In this document: positions 16,449 to 26,451 of the stretch, piece after piece
How positions within the stretch are numbered: position 1 is the first letter of the stretch
Layout of the letters: each line of letters begins with the position of its first letter
Source: Candidatus Methylomirabilis sp.
GTDB lineage: Bacteria > Pseudomonadota > Gammaproteobacteria > Acidiferrobacterales > Sulfurifustaceae
Direction: 5' to 3'
NCBI GenBank assembly: GCA_035624495.1
Contig: DASPRK010000231.1
Coordinates: forward strand, 185 to 64,184
DNA: 64,000 nt
Notes under the pieces: model-generated
Seen by the model: the letters and a program-made list of their open reading frames with translations, nothing else
What the model was told of the DNA's origin: nothing
The model's database searches: none
Made by a program: the position numbers and the translations under genes

Positions 16449-18302
16449 TTATTCCGAATCCGGCCGGTTGGGACGCGCCGGGGAATGCAGGGGTTTGAAG
16501 ACGCGGCCTTCGGCTCGCAGGAAGCGGATGAAGAATTCGAAAAAAATCAGCCGCGTGGTTTGCACGAATACCACCAGGGTTTCCAGTGTCACGATCACGA
16601 TCTGCGAGATGAAAAGCACTATCCAGTAGCTCCAGCGATTGGGCATCATGCCCGCCAACTGCATCATGGCCGAGGAGATGGCCGCGTGCCCCAGCGCGAA
16701 CACGCCGACACGCATGAATGAAATGGTGTTCACGGCCAGCTGGAACACGCTTTCCAGCAAACGGCCGAGGGAGCGGCCAATGCCGTGCCTTGGGTTCATT
16801 CGATACAAGATCAGGCTGCCGGCCAAAAACCAGATCAACGCGATCGCCGCGGCGTAGTATCCGACGCGATGAAAAAACGCCGATAACGAACTGACGTACA
16901 ACACCAGCAACGCGCCGTCTGCGAGCAGCCAATCCTGGAGTTCCTCGCGCCAGTAGGATTCCACCGCGGAGAACAGCAGCCCCAGAAAAATCAGACCCGC
17001 CCCGAAGAACAGCGGCGCAAACAGCACCGCGACCGGATGCACCAGGGGTTTCAGCCACAGCGGTTGAATCACGCCGTCGAAGCCGAACAGCTCGCCAAAC
17101 ACCAGACCGAACACCATGGCAGACATTCCGCACGGGATCAGGAAACGGGCTTCCGGCCAACGCCGGTACAACACCAGGCTGAAAAGGACCAGAAGCAGGC
17201 CGTGACCGAGATCCGGAAACATGTATCCGAAGAGCAGCGGCACCACGAACACCACCACAACGCTGGGATCGACCTCGCCTTCCTCCGGCATGCCATACAT
17301 GCTGAGGAAAGGTTGAAAGGGCCGCGCCCACCAGGTGTCGAGGGTTTTCAACGGCGCGGCCGGATTGATGGGAAAACTTACAAACCGCACGAAGGCGTCG
17401 ATGCCATGTTTGCGCAACAGCTCCTGGAGCTGCCCCGGGTCTGCATAGCTGGTCCAGCCGGCGATGTGGCAATACTTCCCCTCCGCGCGCAGCGCCGCCG
17501 CCTGCTGCGTGTACCACTTGAGCAATGCCATGTCTTCCAGGGCCTCGCGCAGTTTCCGGTCGTCTTTCACCGACCCGGCCGCGCGTTGCAACATCGCGAT
17601 ATTGTTCAGCACCACGTCCAGGCGCGCGCCGACTTGCCCGGGCCAATCCTCGCTCCGCGGGGCCAGCCACGCCGGCATTTCAACGCGGTAGCACGTTCCT
17701 TCCCGGACCGCGGTTTCTATCTCGGGGGCTTGCTCTGGCAGACCGACCAGGATCAGAAAACGGTGGCGCAGCCCCGAGACCACTTCCTTGAAAACGTCTA
17801 CCAGTGTCTCATCCAGGGATTGCTCGTGCGGGCACGCGTATAAACCCTTGTACAGCAGCTCGCCCGGATGCGCCAACAGCGACACGTCTTCGCGGCTTTG
17901 TCCGAAGGAGGCCAGGTATTCCTGGAGCAGCATCAGGTTGTCGCGTTCCGTTTCCAACTCGTGCAGGCGATCCAGCAGGGGGCCGATATCCGTGAGCCAT
18001 CTCTCGAGCACGGCCATGGCACTTTGCGCGGACTGATCGGGTTTTTTATCGAGCGCGTAGGGCCGGCGCTCATGCTCGGGCAGGTAATCCTGATACGGCT
18101 GCGCCAGGCGGTCGAATCGCTGAATGGCGTCCACGATGGCGCCGGTTTCCAGGCCGGCGTCGATTTTTGGATTGGTATCCAGTTCCACCTCGCCCGTGCC
18201 CGCCAGCACCTCAAGCGCGTGAACCGTCTGGTGACGCGGGGTGTACAGCTCGAATAACTGGGTTGAGCGGGGCCGCAGCCTCATGATGTCAGTGTAATTC
18301 AT
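16449..18302 (-). CDS. V/A-type ATPase subunit I (a) homologue
   Basis: Soluble N-half followed by PF...YG.P...EVDP, FGYMFPDLGHG, NTISFMRV (essential Arg) and QTTRLIFFEFF. Start may be 18284. Confidence 0.9.
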   Translation of the reverse strand: MNYTDIMRLRPRSTQLFELYTPRHQTVHALEVLAGTGEVELDTNPKIDAGLETGAIVDAIQRFDRLAQPYQDYLPEHERRPYALDKKPDQSAQSAMAVLERWLTDIGPLLDRLHELETERDNLMLLQEYLASFGQSREDVSLLAHPGELLYKGLYACPHEQSLDETLVDVFKEVVSGLRHRFLILVGLPEQAPEIETAVREGTCYRVEMPAWLAPRSEDWPGQVGARLDVVLNNIAMLQRAAGSVKDDRKLREALEDMALLKWYTQQAAALRAEGKYCHIAGWTSYADPGQLQELLRKHGIDAFVRFVSFPINPAAPLKTLDTWWARPFQPFLSMYGMPEEGEVDPSVVVVFVVPLLFGYMFPDLGHGLLLVLFSLVLYRRWPEARFLIPCGMSAMVFGLVFGELFGFDGVIQPLWLKPLVHPVAVLFAPLFFGAGLIFLGLLFSAVESYWREELQDWLLADGALLVLYVSSLSAFFHRVGYYAAAIALIWFLAGSLILYRMNPRHGIGRSLGRLLESVFQLAVNTISFMRVGVFALGHAAISSAMMQLAGMMPNRWSYWIVLFISQIVIVTLETLVVFVQTTRLIFFEFFIRFLRAEGRVFKPLHSPARPNRPDSE

Positions 18303-18487
18303 CGACTCCGGACCGGGGAATCACTTTACCGACTGCGGAACGCGGCCAAGCACCGCCCCGGGCCCCGGAAATCCGCCTTCGTGGGCAGCGATCCCTTACA
18401 ATGAGGCGGAGACTATGATCCGGTATTTACCCGTCGATTCGATTCCAGGCGCGTATTCGCGGCGACAATGCATGCGGCAATAACGGC

Positions 18488-18982
18488 ATGAACGGGATAA
18501 ACCGACGCGCAGGCGCTTCGCCGCCGGAGGCGAGTAATGACTATTTGGCCGAACACGCCGACCTGCTGATCGCGAGCTATCGCCATTGGACCGGCCGCGA
18601 ACTGGTGGACGCCGGGCCGTCGGCGCTCGTGCGGGCCCGGACGCTCTACGAGGCGCCGTTCGTGGTGGCCTCGCACGGCACCGAACCGGACCCGGTATTC
18701 AATTACGGCAACCGCGCCGCGCTCGCGCTGTTCGAGACGACCTGGGAGGCTTTCACGTCTTTGCCTTCGCGCCTCTCCGCCGAAACCGTGGTGCGCGCGG
18801 AACGCGAGCGGCTGCTGGCGCGGGTGCACGCCCACGGATTCATCGACGACTACAGCGGCGTGCGCATCTCGACCCGCGGGCGCCGGTTCCGGATCGCGCG
18901 CGCCACGGTATGGAACGTGGTGGATGCGAACCGCGCGCCTCGCGGTCAGGCGGTGATGTTCCGCGACTGGGAATATCTTTGA
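18488..18982 (+). CDS. MEKHLA (PAS-like) domain protein
   Basis: LYEAPFVVASHG...DPVFNYGN, LPSRLSAE, DYSGVRIS..GRRF.I. Confidence 0.9.
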   Translation: MNGINRRAGASPPEASNDYLAEHADLLIASYRHWTGRELVDAGPSALVRARTLYEAPFVVASHGTEPDPVFNYGNRAALALFETTWEAFTSLPSRLSAETVVRAERERLLARVHAHGFIDDYSGVRISTRGRRFRIARATVWNVVDANRAPRGQAVMFRDWEYL

Positions 18983-19071
18983 CTGGATATTAGCGATGGG
19001 GTGATTTATAAATGGACAGTGCGGCCGCAGGTCGGGTCGCCACGTCAGCGCGAGCAGAGCGGAGTTGCGGG

Positions 19072-19722
19072 ATGACGCAGCAGCGAGTCTTGTGGTATTT
19101 CGCCGATCCCATGTGTTCCTGGTGCTGGGGGTTCGCGCCGGTGATGAGCGCGATCAAGGAGAAATATTCAGACAGATTCCGGATCGCCCTGGTGCTCGGC
19201 GGTCTGCGTCCGGGCACGAATGAACCGGTCACGCCGCAATTCCGCGACGAGATCCTGCATCACTGGCGCGACGTCCAGCGCATGACCGGGCAGACCTTCA
19301 TGTTCGAGGGCGCGATGCCGGACGGATTCGTGTACGACACCGAACCGCCGTCGCGCGCGGTGATCACCGTGTCCGAATTCGATCCGGAAACGACCTTTCC
19401 CTATTTCAAATCGGTGCAGGCGGCCTTTTATGCGCGCAGGCAGGACATCACGCAGGCACACACGCTGGCCATGCTGGCGGAACCGTACGGCGTCAAGCCG
19501 CCGCAATTCCTCGAACGATTCCATTCGGAAGAAGCCAGAACCGGAACCCGCAAGCATTTCGAGATCACACGGCAGTCCGGCGTGCGCGGTTTTCCGACCG
19601 CCGTGCTGCAAAACGAATCCGGGCACCGGCTCCTGACCAACGGCTATCAGCCGTTCGAGGACCTGCGTCCGCAAATCGAGGCATGGCTGGCGCAAACGGA
19701 CGCGCCGGGCACCCCAACCTGA
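19072..19722 (+). CDS. DsbA-family (thioredoxin-fold) protein
   Basis: YFADPMCSWCWGF, GVRGFPT. Confidence 0.92.
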   Translation: MTQQRVLWYFADPMCSWCWGFAPVMSAIKEKYSDRFRIALVLGGLRPGTNEPVTPQFRDEILHHWRDVQRMTGQTFMFEGAMPDGFVYDTEPPSRAVITVSEFDPETTFPYFKSVQAAFYARRQDITQAHTLAMLAEPYGVKPPQFLERFHSEEARTGTRKHFEITRQSGVRGFPTAVLQNESGHRLLTNGYQPFEDLRPQIEAWLAQTDAPGTPT

Positions 19723-19729
19723 GGTTAGC

Positions 19730-20617
19730 ATGCATCTCGTCACATTTATCGAAGGCGGCGAGCGTCGCATCGGGCTGCACGACACGGCGCGCGGCGAGAT
19801 CGTGGACCTGGCGCAAGCGGCGCCGGAACTGCCGCGCGACATGATCGCATTCATCGCGCTCGGCGAAGCGGGTCTGGCGGCGGCGCAACGCGCGCTGACG
19901 GACAAGTCGGCGCGTCTACCGCTGGCGCAGTTGCGGTTGGCAGCGCCGATTCCGCGGCCGGTCCGCAATGTATTCTGCGTCGGCAAGAACTATCGCGAGC
20001 ACGCGCAGGAATTGCAGAAGGAAGGCTCGACGATTGCGGCCCGGGACGCGATTCCCGAGGTACCGATATTCTTCACCAAGGCGACATCGACGGTGATCGG
20101 CCCGGGCGATCCGATCCCGGCGTGGCTCGACCCGACGCGCTCGACCGATTACGAAGGCGAGCTTGCGGTGGTGATCGGTCCCGGCGGCCGCGGCATCGCG
20201 CGTGCCGACGCGATGCGCCATGTGTACGGCTACACCATTATTAATGACGCCACCGCGCGCGTGTTGCAGGGCCGTCACCAGCAGTGGTTCCTCGGCAAGA
20301 GTATCGACGGGTTCTGCCCGATGGGCCCGGCGGTCGTGACCACCGACAGCGTGCCGGATCCGGGACAACTGCGGGTGCAGACACGGGTGAACGGCGAATT
20401 GCGGCAGAACGCCACGGTTTCCGGCCTTATTTTCGACATCCCGGCACTGATCGAAACCTTGTCACGCACGCTCACGCTCGAGCCGGGCGACCTCATCGCC
20501 ACCGGCACACCCGCTGGCGTCGGCATGGGTTTCAAGCCGCCGAAATATCTGAAGAAGGGCGACGTGGTCGCGATCACCATCGAACCCATCGGCACGCTCG
20601 AGAATCCCGTGGCGTGA
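19730..20617 (+). CDS. Fumarylacetoacetate hydrolase family protein
   Basis: CVGKNY.EHA, DYEGELAVVIG, GKSIDGFCPMGP, GDLIATGTPAGVG. Confidence 0.95.
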   Translation: MHLVTFIEGGERRIGLHDTARGEIVDLAQAAPELPRDMIAFIALGEAGLAAAQRALTDKSARLPLAQLRLAAPIPRPVRNVFCVGKNYREHAQELQKEGSTIAARDAIPEVPIFFTKATSTVIGPGDPIPAWLDPTRSTDYEGELAVVIGPGGRGIARADAMRHVYGYTIINDATARVLQGRHQQWFLGKSIDGFCPMGPAVVTTDSVPDPGQLRVQTRVNGELRQNATVSGLIFDIPALIETLSRTLTLEPGDLIATGTPAGVGMGFKPPKYLKKGDVVAITIEPIGTLENPVA

Positions 20618-20631
20618 CGGGAACCGCTCGA

Positions 20632-20898
20632 TTACGGATTTTCCGCGGGTTTGCGTTCCCAGATGATCCGGCCGTCGCGCCAGACGCGGCGCACGCGGTG
20701 AAACGGCACGCGATGGTATCCGCCTTCGGCGTCGAACACCTCGAAGAGCTGCGGCGAGCCGGCCGGGAATTCGACTGCCTCGAGCGGCACCACCAGAATA
20801 CGGCGCTGCAGGCGGTCGTAGTAGCCGATCTCGAACCTGCCCGCGCGGAACCGCGGATCCCAGCGGATGCGTTGCAGCAATTTATGGATAGGCATCAC
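20632..20898 (-). CDS. DUF504 (MJ1316-like) family protein
   Basis: PIHKLLQRIRWD...IGYYDR...VPFHRVRRV...GRIIWER. Confidence 0.8.
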   Translation of the reverse strand: MMPIHKLLQRIRWDPRFRAGRFEIGYYDRLQRRILVVPLEAVEFPAGSPQLFEVFDAEGGYHRVPFHRVRRVWRDGRIIWERKPAENP

Positions 20899-20962
20899 GG
20901 CTTCCTTGCACCGATGCGAATGATCAGCGCGCGGACCGTCTGTTGTCGCGGGGGAATCCGGA

Positions 20963-21640
20963 CTAAAACCATCGCGGCGCGGTGCTCCTGGAATCGCGCA
21001 CGGACTTGATCAACCCCGCCGTCATCGCGAGCATGCCCAGACTGAATACGCCCCAGCTGAAGGCGCCCGGCCGGTAATCGCGAAAGCCTTCGACTCCCTG
21101 GGCGAGAAGGGGAAACCCCGGTAACAGAAATGTGGCCAGCACCAGCGCCGCGCCGGCAAGGAACAATGTGCCGGAGAACGGTGTGAGGCGTACATGGGTA
21201 CCCGCGATCAGTGCCCACGCGCTCCACGCGACGAAGAGCAGCGCCACGGCCACGGGTGCGATCCATGGGCTCAGCCACGGCCAAGGGATGAGGAACAGCA
21301 CGTCCCACTCGAGCCAGCTCACCGGCCAGCCGAGCACGAGTTTGAGCCAGACGTAATAAAAAATATCCCACAGACCGAAGATGAATAGAAACGCCGCAAA
21401 CACGCGCGTGAAATTTTTTTCCGCCAGCCAGGCGACACACAGGATTATTATCAACGTGCCCAGTTCGCGCGCCAGCTCGACCTGCAAGGCATCCTCGGGC
21501 AGCAGCCGCAGGGGAAATATCATGAGCGGACGATCCGGATAATAGAGGGCGCGCAGGTGCACTACGACCGCCGCTTCCAGGAAAGCCATCGCGATGGCGA
21601 CGATGAAGAGTAAGGACAGGGATTTGACGGCTTTATGCAT
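20963..21640 (-). CDS. Hypothetical integral membrane protein
   Basis: About six hydrophobic segments; LEAAVVVHLR, WDIFYYVWL, LFLIPWPW. Confidence 0.8.
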   Translation of the reverse strand: MHKAVKSLSLLFIVAIAMAFLEAAVVVHLRALYYPDRPLMIFPLRLLPEDALQVELARELGTLIIILCVAWLAEKNFTRVFAAFLFIFGLWDIFYYVWLKLVLGWPVSWLEWDVLFLIPWPWLSPWIAPVAVALLFVAWSAWALIAGTHVRLTPFSGTLFLAGAALVLATFLLPGFPLLAQGVEGFRDYRPGAFSWGVFSLGMLAMTAGLIKSVRDSRSTAPRWF

Positions 21641-21675
21641 CGGTCGCGGGTCGTGGCCGGGTGGCGCAGGCGGAA

Positions 21676-22254
21676 TCAGGTTTCGGTTTCTCTCTTTTCT
21701 GCATGAGCGAACCGGAGCGGTTGACGGCAGCGGCGACAGTAATAGCGCCGGCCGCGCAGCGCATTGCGGTGGCGCCGCGTCCCCAGCGTGTGTCCGTCGG
21801 GGCAGCTGCAGTGATAACGATACGCCGCCGTCATGCCGGGCCGGACGTCGTAATCATGGCAGCGCCGCGGTTCGAGCCCGAAGACCTCGCGCATGATCGC
21901 CGCCCACTGCGCGCCGTGCGGCGCGATCGTCGGACCATGCAACCGGTGCGCGAGAAGATGACTGACTTCGTGCGGCACGGTGTTGCCCAGGAAATCCTCG
22001 ATATTGCGCTCGAGCAGCGGGCGGTTGATACGGATCGCGTTGCCAGTGGTGTGCGCTACGGCGGCCGCCATCCCGCGCAGGTTGAAAGCGAGACGCGGGC
22101 GCTCGAAACGGCGCCGGAAGTGAATTTCGGCGCGACGGTAACACGCCTCGACGGCGGCGAGCAGCCGCGACTCCGGTGACACCGCGGAGACGTCATTCGC
22201 CTCGGTGTTCGCGGACACCAGTTCCAGGGTCAATTGCAAATGTGTGTCATCCAT
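21676..22254 (-). CDS. sprT: SprT-family zinc metalloprotease
   Basis: TVPHEVSH (HExxH), PHG..W, C-terminal Y.CSC...Y.CRRC. Confidence 0.92.
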   Translation of the reverse strand: MDDTHLQLTLELVSANTEANDVSAVSPESRLLAAVEACYRRAEIHFRRRFERPRLAFNLRGMAAAVAHTTGNAIRINRPLLERNIEDFLGNTVPHEVSHLLAHRLHGPTIAPHGAQWAAIMREVFGLEPRRCHDYDVRPGMTAAYRYHCSCPDGHTLGTRRHRNALRGRRYYCRRCRQPLRFAHAEKRETET

Positions 22255-22952
22255 GGATCGTCGGGTCGCCTGATTGGCGGATTATGCGGGGCCGGATGCG
22301 CGCGGTCCAATCGGCGCGGCGTGCGCGCGCAACCCGTGTCCGGCCCGCCGTGACAGAGGAGAGTCTTTGGAGAATCGGCGGCGCGCTTGCAAAATTCATC
22401 CGTGCACGCGGCAGGCGCCATCGTCTGGGCGCGGATCGCGTTGTTATTTCTTGACTTTTCGCCCGGGCTCCATAAAACTCTTCGATGATTTGCGTCCCCG
22501 GAGGTTCAAAGGATTGGCCAGCACGGGTTTGCAAACCGCGATATCCACGGCGCCGCCGTCGAGGCGGGGAGGTGGCGCATTCACCACCGCGTAGCCGATC
22601 CGACGATGCCGTCGGCCCGGCTTCGGGGATGGCGTCTTTTCCGCCCCGGCGCCGCCGTTATCTTCCCCTCTAATAAATCAGTTACCAATCGCGCGTTCGC
22701 GCGCGTCCCGGCTCGTCCCGTTGTGGGCGATAGGCAAGACGCTCGCGCCGGGCGAATGCGCCGTGGCAAGCAATGGCGCGGCGGAAAATCAGCAGGAGAT
22801 GCTTCGCTTCATCGAATAATACATCCAACCGAATCGCGTTTCGTTGCCGTCCGACCGCGATCGTCGGACGCGACGCGGAACGCAAAACCAGGAAGGGGCG
22901 AATTACCGCCCCTTTTCATTTCTCTCGACCGAAATCCGGAGGTGTTTTTCAC

Positions 22953-24089
22953 ATGAAGATCATAGCGATTGCCAATCAGAAGGGTGGGTGCGGCAAGACC
23001 ACCACCGCGATCAATCTGGCCGCCTGTCTCGGGAAGAAGGAACGGCGCGTACTGCTGATCGACCTCGATCCCCAGGGCCACTCGTCGCTCGGTTTCGGGG
23101 TTTACGATGAACACGCGCGCGATTTGTACGACGTGTTCACTGGTGAAGTGAAACTCGAGGAGATCATCCTGCCGGGCGTCTTCCCCGGCGTGGACGTGGT
23201 ACCGGCGACCATGACGCTCGCGGCCGCGGAGCATCTGCCGGTGAGCCGCGACGAACGCGACCGGTTGCTGGAGTTGCATCTGAAACCGCTTCGCAAGCGC
23301 TACGACTACGCCGTCATTGACTGTCCGCCCTCGCTCGGTCTGCTGTCGTTCAACGCGCTTGCGGTATCGGACCTGGTATTGATCCCGATCGAGATGAGCC
23401 TGTTCGGTCTCAACGGCATCGAGCACATGTACGAAACCATCGCCCTGCTGCGCGAGCGCCATGAACGCGAGATTCCCATCCGCGTGCTTCCGACGCTGAT
23501 CGACAGCCGCACGCGACTGTGCCGGCAATTCCTGCACGAGGTGGCGGAGCGCTTCGCCGACGACGTCTCGCCGGTGATGGTGCAATTCACGGTGCGCCTG
23601 AAGGAAGCGGTGCGTCAGGGTAAGCCAATCGTTGCATACGATCCCAGTTCGGTCGCGGCGGTACAGTACGGCCGTCTGGCCGATGAAATCATTTCCTGCG
23701 TGCACGAAGGCGCCACCATCGCGGAGAATGGCCAGACCGAGGCACGCGTTACCAGCGTGAAACTTGCCTTCGATGACGCCCGCTCGGCGCTCGGCCGCCG
23801 GCGCGGCCAGCAGAAAGTGGTGCTGCATCTTTTCGGCTACGAGGGAAAGCGTGTTCAGCTCGCCGGCGATTTCAACGATTGGAAGCCGGATCAGGGCGTG
23901 CTCACCCGCACCGTTGACGGCGTGGTGGAAAAAACCGTGATGCTGATGCCGGGGACATACCAGTACCGTTACATTATCGATGACGTTTGGCAGGAGGATC
24001 CCTCGAATCCCGAAGTGGTGGAAAATTTCTCGGGCGGGTATAACTCGATCCTGCACGTCGTGGAGGAGCACGACGCCGTCAGCGTCTAG
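22953..24089 (+). CDS. ParA/Soj-family ATPase fused to a C-terminal CBM48 (AMPK-beta-like glycogen-binding) domain
   Basis: Deviant Walker A NQKGGCGKTTT, DLDPQG, IDCPP; C-terminal VQLAGDFNDW...PGTYQYRYIIDDVWQEDPSNP...GGYNSIL; RBS GGAGG. Confidence 0.92.
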   Translation: MKIIAIANQKGGCGKTTTAINLAACLGKKERRVLLIDLDPQGHSSLGFGVYDEHARDLYDVFTGEVKLEEIILPGVFPGVDVVPATMTLAAAEHLPVSRDERDRLLELHLKPLRKRYDYAVIDCPPSLGLLSFNALAVSDLVLIPIEMSLFGLNGIEHMYETIALLRERHEREIPIRVLPTLIDSRTRLCRQFLHEVAERFADDVSPVMVQFTVRLKEAVRQGKPIVAYDPSSVAAVQYGRLADEIISCVHEGATIAENGQTEARVTSVKLAFDDARSALGRRRGQQKVVLHLFGYEGKRVQLAGDFNDWKPDQGVLTRTVDGVVEKTVMLMPGTYQYRYIIDDVWQEDPSNPEVVENFSGGYNSILHVVEEHDAVSV

Positions 24090-24315
24090 TCGCCCGTCGG
24101 GAAAAATTCTCGCCGCGCGCACGAAACCGGGAATTGAAAACCGGCAATCGCTGAATAAACAGGTCTGGACTTTGGACCCCGACGGCGTGACACTGGAAGC
24201 CGTCAATTCAGGATCTTGCGGCGGCGCGCCGGACCTGCCGAAAGGCGCAATGCCCCGGGTCGCGGTGTTGACCCCCATAGGCTGTTCCCTTATCTCCAGG
24301 CCGAAGGAGCGATTC

Positions 24316-24702
24316 ATGTACAAGCGAATCCTGATTGCGGTCGACGGCAGCGACAGCGCCGATCGCGCCTTGGAGGAAGCCGTGCGCCTGGCCAAAGCGG
24401 ACGCAGCGGCGCTGAAAATCGTGTTTGTCGACGGGGAGGATGAGATCAGCCGGCAGATCATGGAAGTGGCCGTGGCGAAGGCGCGCAACGCCGGACTGGT
24501 TCCGGAAAGCGGGCTGTTGGTCAAGCTTCCGACTGAGGGAATCAGCGACGTCATCTTGCAGGAAGCGGGGCGCTGGACCGCCGATCTTGTCGTGATCGGT
24601 ACCCATGGGCGCCGCGGAATCGCGCATGCGCTGGTCGGCAGCGTGGCGGAAGCAGTGATCCGCACCGCGACCATACCGGTGCTAGTCGTGCGACGGTCGT
24701 GA
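24316..24702 (+). CDS. Universal stress protein
   Basis: YKRILIAVDGS, DLVVIGTHGRRG...LVGSVAE.V. Confidence 0.93.
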   Translation: MYKRILIAVDGSDSADRALEEAVRLAKADAAALKIVFVDGEDEISRQIMEVAVAKARNAGLVPESGLLVKLPTEGISDVILQEAGRWTADLVVIGTHGRRGIAHALVGSVAEAVIRTATIPVLVVRRS

Positions 24703-24734
24703 AACAAACCGCCTTGGCCGGAAAGATATCGATC

Positions 24735-25163
24735 TCAGATGAATTCTTTCCTGGCCCGGGCAAACGAATGTTTCAGGTCTTCGATGGCGCTATCCATGCC
24801 GGATTTCAGTTTTTTCCAGGCCTGGACATTGACCGCTTTCACGTCACCCAGCTTCGATTCAGTGGCATCCCATTTCTTGTCGAGCGCCTTGATATCGGCG
24901 TCGAGCTTGGCCTTGGCGTCGACGCGCGCCTCCCGCGCCTTGACGCCCAGCCGGTCGATGCCGACCCTCAGCTCATCGATCTCTTTTTGCGCCTCGTGGA
25001 CGTATTTGTCCCGTTCCTGTTCCGCGTAAGTCGCCGCGCTGTGCGTCGCCCGTGCCGTGTCGTGCGTCACGTCCTTCGCCGTGACATCGGCGTGCACATT
25101 TTTGCCGAAACCGGCAAGGGAGATCATCAACATCAGCGTCATTAAGAATATGAACCTAATCAT
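24735..25163 (-). CDS. Secreted helical hypothetical protein
   Basis: Signal peptide, amphipathic helices (AWKKLKSGMDSAIEDL); RBS GGAGG. Confidence 0.8.
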   Translation of the reverse strand: MIRFIFLMTLMLMISLAGFGKNVHADVTAKDVTHDTARATHSAATYAEQERDKYVHEAQKEIDELRVGIDRLGVKAREARVDAKAKLDADIKALDKKWDATESKLGDVKAVNVQAWKKLKSGMDSAIEDLKHSFARARKEFI

Positions 25164-25501
25164 GTTGAACCTCCTGGTTAGCTGTAGTTTATCCGGAGCA
25201 GGCTGCTTAAGCCGTTGAGCAGTTTGATGGTTGTTGGTCCTGAAGTTCCCATTGGTTCTGCTGTCTATCGCTTTCGACCGGATTCGATCCTAAATATCGT
25301 CCATGCGCGCGACAAGCGCCGTTCCGATCGGTCCGGTGTAAATTCGGACGGACGGCGAATTCCCCCGCCCATCCCGAGATAATCGAACGGAATCGCGTTG
25401 CGGCGTGGGTTCCTTAAATCAATTGTGGCTCCTACAATGACCGCATCCCGTCGGCCAAGTTTCCGGGGCCAACGTCAATAATTACGGGAGGATTCCTGAA
25501 C

Positions 25502-26451
25502 ATGATCGCGCTTTCGGCATTGAACGTGCGTTACGGCATTCCCGGCCAGCTCACCTTCAAGGAAGGTTCCGGCGGGATGACCGTGGGCGAGGTAACGAGT
25601 ATGCATGCGGCCGCGGCGGTGACGCTGCAAGGCGCGCAGGTGATGATGTGGACGCCGCAGGGACAATCACCGGTGATCTGGCTCTCGCGTGCCGCCCGGT
25701 TCGCGCCCGGCAGGTCGATGCGCGGGCGGCGCGCCGGTATGCTGGCCGTGGTTCGGTCTGCATGCGACCGGTCCGGTCTTGCCCGCGCACGGTTTCGCCC
25801 GCACCGTGCCGTGGGAGGTGACCGAATCGCGCGCGCTTGCCGACGGCACCACCGAGATGGCGCTGGCACTGGTGGAGAACGAGCAGACGCGCGCCCAGTG
25901 GCCGCATCGTGCACGGCTTTCCCATCGCATCAGCGTCGGACACACGCTCAAGCTCGCGCTCACTGCGGTAAACACCGGCGATCACGATTTTGTCATCGGC
26001 GAGGCGCTGCACACCTATTTTGAAATCGGCGATATCGACGATATCCGCATCACCGGTCTGGAAGGCGCTGAATATCTCGACAAGGTCGGCGGGGGCAGCG
26101 CGCGACGACGTCAGGACGGGCCGGTGACCTTTGCGGCCGAGACTGACCGGATTTATCTGAATACCGAATACCGAAGCCGAATGCGTCATCGAAGACGCGC
26201 GCTTGAAGCGGCGCATCCGTATCGCCAAGAGCGGTAGTCGCTCGACCGTGGTGTGGAACCCGTGGGCGGCGAAGGCGGACAGGATGGGCGACCTGGGGCC
26301 GGACGGCTGGCGCCGGATGGTGTGCGTGGAAAGCGCCAACGCGGCCGACGACGTCGTGACGGTCAAAGCCGGTGCCACCCACACGCTGGCGGTGGAGTAT
26401 CGTGTCGAAACGCCGTATCGGCGACGAAGGATGGTGCCTTGTTATTTATGA
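25502..26451 (+). pseudogene. D-hexose-6-phosphate mutarotase (YeaD / aldose 1-epimerase family), two frameshifts
   Basis: Motifs QGAQV, RGG.PVCWPWFG, HGFAR, ALHTYF, STVVWNPW and MVCVE span three frames. There is one extra G at 25724-26 and a 7-bp tandem duplication AATACCG at 26160-26173. Confidence 0.9.

Noticed and set aside
22525-22537. GGTTTGCAAACC palindrome
   Set aside because: Short, with no known factor or promoter context; it overlaps the riboswitch-like fragment reported separately.
22809-24707. 632-aa minus-strand ORF, and similar long antisense ORFs (57637-59733, 48651-49955, 32559-33803, 16396-17670 on +)
   Set aside because: They overlap well-supported genes on the other strand, have no motifs, and are expected at high GC.
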